From a virus (lineage: Duplodnaviria; Caudoviricetes), in IMG/VR virus record IMGVR_UViG_3300005263_000073, positions 1-32,686 of that record: DNA of 32,686 nucleotides; one strand, written 5' to 3'. Of this stretch, positions 27,091-32,686 are shown piece after piece; the first letter of the stretch is position 1; each line of letters starts with the position of its first letter. The position numbers were made by a program, and so were the translations under genes. The notes under the pieces were generated by a model, which was given only the letters and a program-made list of their open reading frames with translations, was not told the DNA's origin and searched no databases.

Positions 27091-28724
27091 TGCCGGAAAA
27101 TAGTGCTAAATTAAACATTCCCCTGCCTTTAGGAAATGAAAGTGTATCGAGACAAGCAATCCGGGAAATGTTTCAGGCTGTGGATGATAATGCGACACCA
27201 ATTGCTGATAATACAAAGCAAATCCCTCACCTGGGAACTACGACAAACAACGGAAATGATTACAGTGTAACGACTACTGAAAATATTCTTGCCAACCAGA
27301 AATTCACCGTCACATTCAATGCCGCTTCAACAGGAGCTGCCACGCTGAATGTGTCCTCTATAGGAAGCACCAAGGGAATCAAAAAGCCTGGTGGAAATGA
27401 TGCAAGTATCAAAGTGGGCGTTTATACCTTATTCTATGACGGAATAAATTTTCAGTTATTGGGTGAAGGGGGGGAATATGGAACAGCTGCAGCCGCGCAG
27501 GTTCCAACCGGTTATACCCTAGGGACCGAAAACGGTATTATAAATGGATCCATGCCGAATAGAGCAGGGGAAACAGCAGCTTTATCAAGTGAGGTATCTG
27601 GAACAACTTTGAAACTGCTGCCTTCTGATGGGTACAGGGATGGTGTGGATGACAAAGTAACAATTACTGATGCTAACTTTACGGAAGCAAATTTAAGAGT
27701 TAATAAAACTGTTTTAGGGAAATCTGGAGGTACTTGCTACGGGTCTGGTGATGAAATTCCTTGTACAGCTTTATTCCCCACTAACCCTTTACCAATAATA
27801 ATCGCTGCAGTAACTATCAGTACAAGCTCTTTTATATGCGACGCTGGTATTATCGACCCTTCTGATAATAAATGTATATTTTCCTATAATGTTGGTACAA
27901 GTGAGTATAAAGTTGTAAAACTTAAAGGTAATTTTGTTTTAGATTCATTATCAGCATCAGTTTATGATTACCGTGTCGACACTGTAACAAACCCGATAAA
28001 AAATTTATGCCGAATCGGTTCTACTATGTTTTGTTCTTATTTGGGATATCTTAACACTTTTAATCCATCAACAGGAGTCAAAACAGCCACAGCCATAGGT
28101 GCAGTATACGCTGATACTGATGGCGAATATCTATATGTTTCCAGTGGTACGACATTTGCAAAATATGATGTTAATTTAAATTTACAATGGTCAATAACCG
28201 TTTCCCACAATCCTGTGGTTAAAATGTCTTTCAATGCTAACTATATTGCTTTAGCAAATTCAAATGATGGTGTGTATACCTTAGTTAATAAAAGTACTGG
28301 AACTATACACTGGTCTGTTGATTTTGGTTCAGGAGGTGCAATAGTACTTGGCACAGACTGTTTTTACGCCACTACAACATATGGTGCTTCTGGTGTTGTT
28401 AGAAAATACACTCTAAGTGAAGCAACGCCTGTAATAAACACCTATCTTTGGACGTTAAATTCTGTGCCTGGCTATGATTTATTTATTGCGCCAACAGGAC
28501 AATTATTTAAATCTACTACCGGAGGAAGTAGTGGTATGTGTGGCGGTGTGTGGAACGAAATCGATAAAATAACTGGTACAGCTAGTTCGACATCGTATAT
28601 GGGTACAGGGGATAATTACAGTTATGTTTGTGAACAAGGTAAATATTTGTTCGTGACATTAGACGTTACCGGTGCAACAACAGGTTTATTTTGTAAACTA
28701 TTATTCAATTATAAATTGCTATAG
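27090..28724 (+). CDS. tail fibre / receptor-binding protein with beta-rich C-terminal domain
   Basis: Follows the baseplate; conserved YDGINFQLLGEGGEYGTA and GSMPNR fibre motifs; C-terminal propeller-like repeats (NLQWS, GTIHWSVD). Confidence 0.8.
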   Translation: MPENSAKLNIPLPLGNESVSRQAIREMFQAVDDNATPIADNTKQIPHLGTTTNNGNDYSVTTTENILANQKFTVTFNAASTGAATLNVSSIGSTKGIKKPGGNDASIKVGVYTLFYDGINFQLLGEGGEYGTAAAAQVPTGYTLGTENGIINGSMPNRAGETAALSSEVSGTTLKLLPSDGYRDGVDDKVTITDANFTEANLRVNKTVLGKSGGTCYGSGDEIPCTALFPTNPLPIIIAAVTISTSSFICDAGIIDPSDNKCIFSYNVGTSEYKVVKLKGNFVLDSLSASVYDYRVDTVTNPIKNLCRIGSTMFCSYLGYLNTFNPSTGVKTATAIGAVYADTDGEYLYVSSGTTFAKYDVNLNLQWSITVSHNPVVKMSFNANYIALANSNDGVYTLVNKSTGTIHWSVDFGSGGAIVLGTDCFYATTTYGASGVVRKYTLSEATPVINTYLWTLNSVPGYDLFIAPTGQLFKSTTGGSSGMCGGVWNEIDKITGTASSTSYMGTGDNYSYVCEQGKYLFVTLDVTGATTGLFCKLLFNYKLL

Positions 28725-28737
28725 GGGGTAAAAATAT

Positions 28738-29406
28738 ATGGGATATTATATTAAAGTTGATGAAAACCAATCAAATAAGATAGTCTATTCTATTTCTCAG
28801 GATACCTACAACGGTTTATCTGAAGAAGATAAAATATCTTTAGGAAGTATATTTTTAATTGATAATATACCTGAAGCACCTAGACAGGTTGGAAAGAATG
28901 GGCATACTCACTGTGACCCAGTGACTAAAGAATTTACTTTTTCGTATACCGACATACCTTTAACCCAAGAACAAGAATTAGTTAAAATAAAACAACAATT
29001 AGGAGAGATTCCCCCAATCACTTCCCCTTCAACCTTGCAAGATTACCAGACAAACAAAATGTACGAACTTTCAAAAGCCTGTGAAGAAGAAATTCTTGCA
29101 GGTTTTTATTCAACTGCAAGGGGGATATCGGAATGGTTTACGAACAGCCGGGATGATCAGAATAACATCATTGGTCAAGCCGCCCTTACTTCCCTTAATC
29201 CGGTGATTACGCCGCAATGGAAATCAGCGGCAGAAAGCATCTGTACTGATTTCACCTTGGCGCAGATTACGCAGCTGGCAACCGATGGGGCGATCTTCAA
29301 GACTGAACGGATCAAGACATTTGAGACTTTGAAAGTTGCCGTAATGGCCTGCACTGCGATTGCAGAAGTGGAGGAGATAACATGGGTGCAAAAAGTCTGG
29401 TCTTAG
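28738..29406 (+). CDS. tail fibre assembly-type protein (DUF4376-like C-terminus)
   Basis: ELSKACEEEILAGF...DDQNNI...EVEEITW; follows the fibre gene. Confidence 0.7.
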   Translation: MGYYIKVDENQSNKIVYSISQDTYNGLSEEDKISLGSIFLIDNIPEAPRQVGKNGHTHCDPVTKEFTFSYTDIPLTQEQELVKIKQQLGEIPPITSPSTLQDYQTNKMYELSKACEEEILAGFYSTARGISEWFTNSRDDQNNIIGQAALTSLNPVITPQWKSAAESICTDFTLAQITQLATDGAIFKTERIKTFETLKVAVMACTAIAEVEEITWVQKVWS

Positions 29407-29822
29407 GATTGTTGATGGGTATGGTTTACTTCACGCTTGAGGGGTTTGCCAGGGGATGGACAAATATATCAATGCTCTTTGTCGGCGGGATCTGCGCGGT
29501 ATTAGTTGGCCGGCTAAACGAAAAACCCCGGTATTATAACCTGAAAATATGGCAGCAGGCCTTAATCGGGGCGGTCATTGTTTTGGCCGTAGAATTTTGC
29601 TCCGGGATGATCTTAAATGTCTGGCTCGGCCTTGGGATTTGGGACTACTCAAACCAGTGGGGAAATGTTTTAGGCCAGGTATGTCCAAAGTTCGCATTAT
29701 TATGGTTTGCATTGATGCCGTTTAATATTTGGTTAGATGATTGGTTGCGGTATAAGTTTTACCAGGAAGGAGAGTTGTACAGTCTTAAGGAAATCTATCT
29801 GGAATTGATTACAGCTCAATAG
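29382..29822 (+). CDS. phage membrane protein (often annotated as putative ABC transporter permease)
   Basis: Four hydrophobic segments; RGWTNISM, EFCSGMILN...IWDYS...GQVCP motif. Confidence 0.75.
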   Translation: MGAKSLVLGLLMGMVYFTLEGFARGWTNISMLFVGGICAVLVGRLNEKPRYYNLKIWQQALIGAVIVLAVEFCSGMILNVWLGLGIWDYSNQWGNVLGQVCPKFALLWFALMPFNIWLDDWLRYKFYQEGELYSLKEIYLELITAQ

Positions 29823-29979
29823 ACTCAAATGGTAACATTGGAGCTGCGTAATAGACGCATTTTGCAAATTAGATAAATGGAAGAAGTGTCAAAAGTGGAG
29901 GAAAACGAAAACTTTATCCATAACAAATACGGATACTGCTTCTATTTTATGAGCCATATAAGAATGGAGGTGAGAGAAC

Positions 29980-30459
29980 ATGAAAGAATATATCGGAGTA
30001 AAGTTAATTAAAGCTGAACCCATGAATTTGATTGATGCTGAAGAAAAGCTTCAGAGAAAAATTAAGCCTGGTAATGAACTGGGTTATTTTGTAATTTACC
30101 AAGATGGTTACACGAGTTGGTCTCCAAAAGAACAATTTGAAGAAGCTTACAGGGAAACTGATGGAATGACCTTTGGCCTTGCAATTGAGGCGGCCAAACA
30201 AGGATTTAAGATTGCTCGTGCGGGATGGAATGGCAAGGGAATGTTTGTAGTTTTAATGGATGCTTTGAAACTTCCACCACATTCAAGCCAGGAACCTGGT
30301 GCAAAGGTAAATGATCGGACGGCAAAATATATCGGAGAAAATACTCCCTTGAAAAGCCAACCTTACTTTGCAATGTGGACGGCACAGGGAAAATGGCAGC
30401 CTGGATGGTTAGCTTCTCAGGCTGATATGTTGGCTGAGGATTGGATGGCTACAGTTTAA
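29980..30459 (+). CDS. tad2: DUF2829 / Thoeris anti-defence 2 (Tad2)-like sponge with an extra N-terminal domain
   Basis: MTFGLAIEAAKQG.KIARAGWNGKGMFV...W.ASQADMLAEDW DUF2829 signature; N-terminal YIGVKLIKAEPM...DGYTSWSPKEQFEEAY; SD GGAGGTGA. Confidence 0.8.
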   Translation: MKEYIGVKLIKAEPMNLIDAEEKLQRKIKPGNELGYFVIYQDGYTSWSPKEQFEEAYRETDGMTFGLAIEAAKQGFKIARAGWNGKGMFVVLMDALKLPPHSSQEPGAKVNDRTAKYIGENTPLKSQPYFAMWTAQGKWQPGWLASQADMLAEDWMATV

Positions 30460-30477
30460 TTATACGAACTAATTAAA

Positions 30478-30512
30478 ATACCCAGGGATAATTGATTTTT
30501 ATTCCTGGGTAT
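30478..30512 (+). terminator. long hairpin after the last phage gene
   Basis: ATACCCAGGGATAA...TTATTCCTGGGTAT inverted repeat; no strong U-tract on the + strand. Confidence 0.55.
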
Positions 30513-30555
30513 GGTACATAAAATAAGTAATAAACAAACATATTCAGTAAACTAC

Positions 30556-30604
30556 TTTTGCAAAAACGGGTGCGAATTTTTGCGAAAATTTTTGCGAAGC
30601 TACA
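30556..30604 (+). repeat. prophage right end (attR) with putative transposase-binding repeats
   Basis: TGCAAA 30559, TGCGAA 30571, 30581, 30593, ending CTACA with terminal CA 30603-30604; host reading frame begins at 30605. Confidence 0.8.
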
Positions 30605-31705
30605 ATAAACAATATTGTAATTATTTGTGATAAAGAAAATAATATAATAACATTTAATAAAGAATTTTTCATTACGTCAGGTGCAATCGAGGATGAATTA
30701 AAGGGCTATAATCTTATTGATTTATGTAATATGCTTTCTGTTGACCCCAATGAAGTAATGGGAATCAAAGAAAGATTATTGTCACAAAATGCCGAAAGAT
30801 TTGAATTTTCTATTCTTAACTTTAATCAGGAGAAAAAAATCCTCACCGGCAGTCTTTCACCGGTCTCCAACGTTGAAAATGAAATAATAGGATATATACT
30901 TGTGGCCAGCGATATTACTGAAAGAGAAGAAATTCGCAGTCATATGGAACAACAGGAAAAACTGGCGGTACTTGGGCAGATGGCAGCCGGAATTGTTCAT
31001 GAAATAAAAAATCCTCTAACAACAATTAAAGGATTCAATCAAATAATACTTAAGAAAACAAAAGAAGCTTCTACAAGAGAATATGCTGATATAATCGAAG
31101 ATGAAGTAAATCAGGTAAATACCGTAGTCACTGACTTTCTGGCTTTTGCCAGACCGAGGAAACCATCTCTTAAAGAAATATCGATCAACGAGTTGTTTAA
31201 ATCAATAGAGATCATGATAGAAACGCAGCTTTTTATTAAAAGAATTCTGTTTGAATTAAAGCTTCCTTCAGTCGAACATACTGTATTGGTAGATGACAGT
31301 CAGATTAAACAGGTTATCATCAACATTATTAAAAATGCCATAGATGCCTTGGAAACCGTTGAAAACCCGAAGCTCAACATCAATGTAAATTTCTTGAAAA
31401 ACAACGGTGAAATGAAGATAAGCATTAAGGATAATGGCAGGGGCATCTCCGCTCAGGACATAATGAAATTGGGAACTCCCTTTTTCACGACAAAAGAAAA
31501 GGGAACGGGGCTGGGGTTAAGCATTTGTTATCAGATTATTAAGGAGAACAACGGTATAATAACCTGCGAAAGCAAACTGAATGAGGGAACAACATTTAAC
31601 ATCGTGCTTCCATGCACAGAAAGATGTCAACTCGGAACAGACACTCTCCCCTTGGATAATTATTTTAATATCCACTGCTTTTCTGCATCGACGACTTCAT
31701 CATAA
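30605..31705 (+). pseudogene. 3' part of a PAS-domain sensor histidine kinase interrupted by the prophage
   Basis: From 30605 the frame reads INNIVIICDKENNIITFNKEF (PAS start) into AAGIVHEIKNPL (HisKA), QVIINIIKNA, DNGRGI, PFFTTKEKGTGLGL (HATPase); upstream in-frame stop at 30548-30550 and no start codon before the junction. Confidence 0.85.
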
Positions 31706-32686
31706 TCCAAACAGATTTTTTACTTCAAGCGCAGTGTTAATATCCATGTTGGTCAGCATAACCAGTTTTAAATCATTTTTTTCTTCAGGTGTCAGCTCTT
31801 TATATTGACTCAGCACGCCTGCCGCTTTTTCCTTGTAGGGATAACCGGGATCCTGACTCAGACTGTTTACTGTACTTCTCATGGTACCGACAATCGCTTT
31901 TTCATCAGAGGTTTTAACCTTACCGTATACTACTCCCAACTGGCTTTCAACCTGTTGCAGAAGAGCATTTTTTTCAGTGTCAGTAGCCTGTTCCTGTTCG
32001 ACCTCCTCATTCGAAGAATTATTACTGTCATTACTATTGCTGCTGTTGCTACTACCAATATTATCGTCAATGCCATTATTGCTGTTATTTGAAATATTAT
32101 TGTCTGACTGTCCGGCAGCCTGGTCTCCGGTCTTTTTTATGCCAATGATTACTTTTCCTTCAGAAATCGTAAGGGTTGTGATCTCCAGAGGAAACAGTAT
32201 CTTTTCAAAAATAATGCTATCGTCTGTTACTGTTACCCCTTTACGTTCCGGGTTTCTCAGTTGGTTCAAAAACAACCCTTTGGGCAGTGGTATCCGGCCC
32301 ACTTTCAATACCTGAGGAGTGAAGATTACGTTCCCTTCGCTGAGGGTCAATTCCCCACGGGAATATATCTGCATCATGACGTTGGCTTTCAGTGAAGAGG
32401 TTACATACATTTCGACCATTCCATCTCCCGGGCTGACATACAATTCATCAATATGTGGAATGGAATTTTTACCTGTATAAAGATCAATTATGCTGTTGAT
32501 TTCCGCCTCTGTTAGTTCAACAGTTCCTCCCTGCTTTTCAGCAGCCCGCAGCTTTTCGACCACCTGAACAGTGGAAGCACTTGCTGTTTGAGGAATATCC
32601 TGCTTCAAAAAAAGAAAACCGCCAACAATAATCAAAATTAAGATAAGAATAGCGGCTATAATCAGTACAATTCTGCCTTTTGTCAT
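31700..32686 (-). CDS. host membrane-anchored hypothetical protein (weakly DUF2140/YpmS-like) with Asn/Ser-rich linker
   Basis: 328 aa; N-terminal TM helix, LTEAEINS and LKVGRIPLP motifs; convergent with the kinase, overlapping by 6 nt. Confidence 0.8.
   Translation of the reverse strand: MTKGRIVLIIAAILILILIIVGGFLFLKQDIPQTASASTVQVVEKLRAAEKQGGTVELTEAEINSIIDLYTGKNSIPHIDELYVSPGDGMVEMYVTSSLKANVMMQIYSRGELTLSEGNVIFTPQVLKVGRIPLPKGLFLNQLRNPERKGVTVTDDSIIFEKILFPLEITTLTISEGKVIIGIKKTGDQAAGQSDNNISNNSNNGIDDNIGSSNSSNSNDSNNSSNEEVEQEQATDTEKNALLQQVESQLGVVYGKVKTSDEKAIVGTMRSTVNSLSQDPGYPYKEKAAGVLSQYKELTPEEKNDLKLVMLTNMDINTALEVKNLFGL

Larger units (their letters stand above)
1..30604 (+). mobile_element. Mu-like transposable prophage (myovirus morphology genes); left end outside the window
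   Basis: MuA/MuB, GemA, Mor and gp27-like genes followed by complete head and contractile tail modules, all on the + strand; terminal repeats ending in CA at 30603-30604, after which an interrupted host gene resumes. Confidence 0.95.

Noticed and set aside
29930-29965. Sporulation sigma-type promoter (CATA-like -10) upstream of the Tad2 gene
   Set aside because: The -35 match and spacing are too loose to distinguish from chance in AT-rich DNA
27090-29980. Diversity-generating retroelement or Gin-type invertible tail fibre cassette
   Set aside because: No reverse transcriptase or serine invertase, and no duplicated TR/VR or inverted fibre copy seen
30731-31705. Intact 324 aa kinase starting at ATG 30731
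   Set aside because: No good SD; the PAS-like frame extends upstream to the prophage end, so this is a truncated gene
32015-32110. Trinucleotide-like repeat tract
   Set aside because: Simply encodes the Asn/Ser-rich linker of the minus-strand host protein

Overview
Positions 1-30604 are the right-hand ~30.6 kb of a transposable (Mu-like) prophage of a low-GC Gram-positive host (Clostridia-like by SD usage and gene families; host not provable here). The left end and repressor lie upstream of the window. Gene order: Ner-like HTH, MuA DDE transposase, MuB AAA+ ATPase, early accessory genes (an amidase endolysin, an AbrB-family regulator, GemA), Mor activator, holin-like genes, Mu gp26/gp27 equivalents, a LoaP-type NusG paralogue, terminase, an SPP1/P22-type (not Mu-type) head module, and a PBSX/phiCD-type contractile tail. 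The minor head protein MuF carries a C-terminal EndoU toxin with a downstream immunity candidate. A Tad2 (DUF2829) anti-defence fusion gene sits last. The right end (TGCGAA repeats ...CTACA) interrupts a host PAS-histidine kinase gene, and a convergent host membrane-anchored protein gene closes the window. Most interesting: a phage LoaP antiterminator with an adjacent structured cis element and internal late-operon terminators, the MuF-EndoU toxin/immunity pair, the two-domain Tad2 sponge, an OOP-like antisense sRNA ahead of the transposase, and a clear -1 frameshift cassette. All family calls are by motif recognition and synteny; no database search was run.
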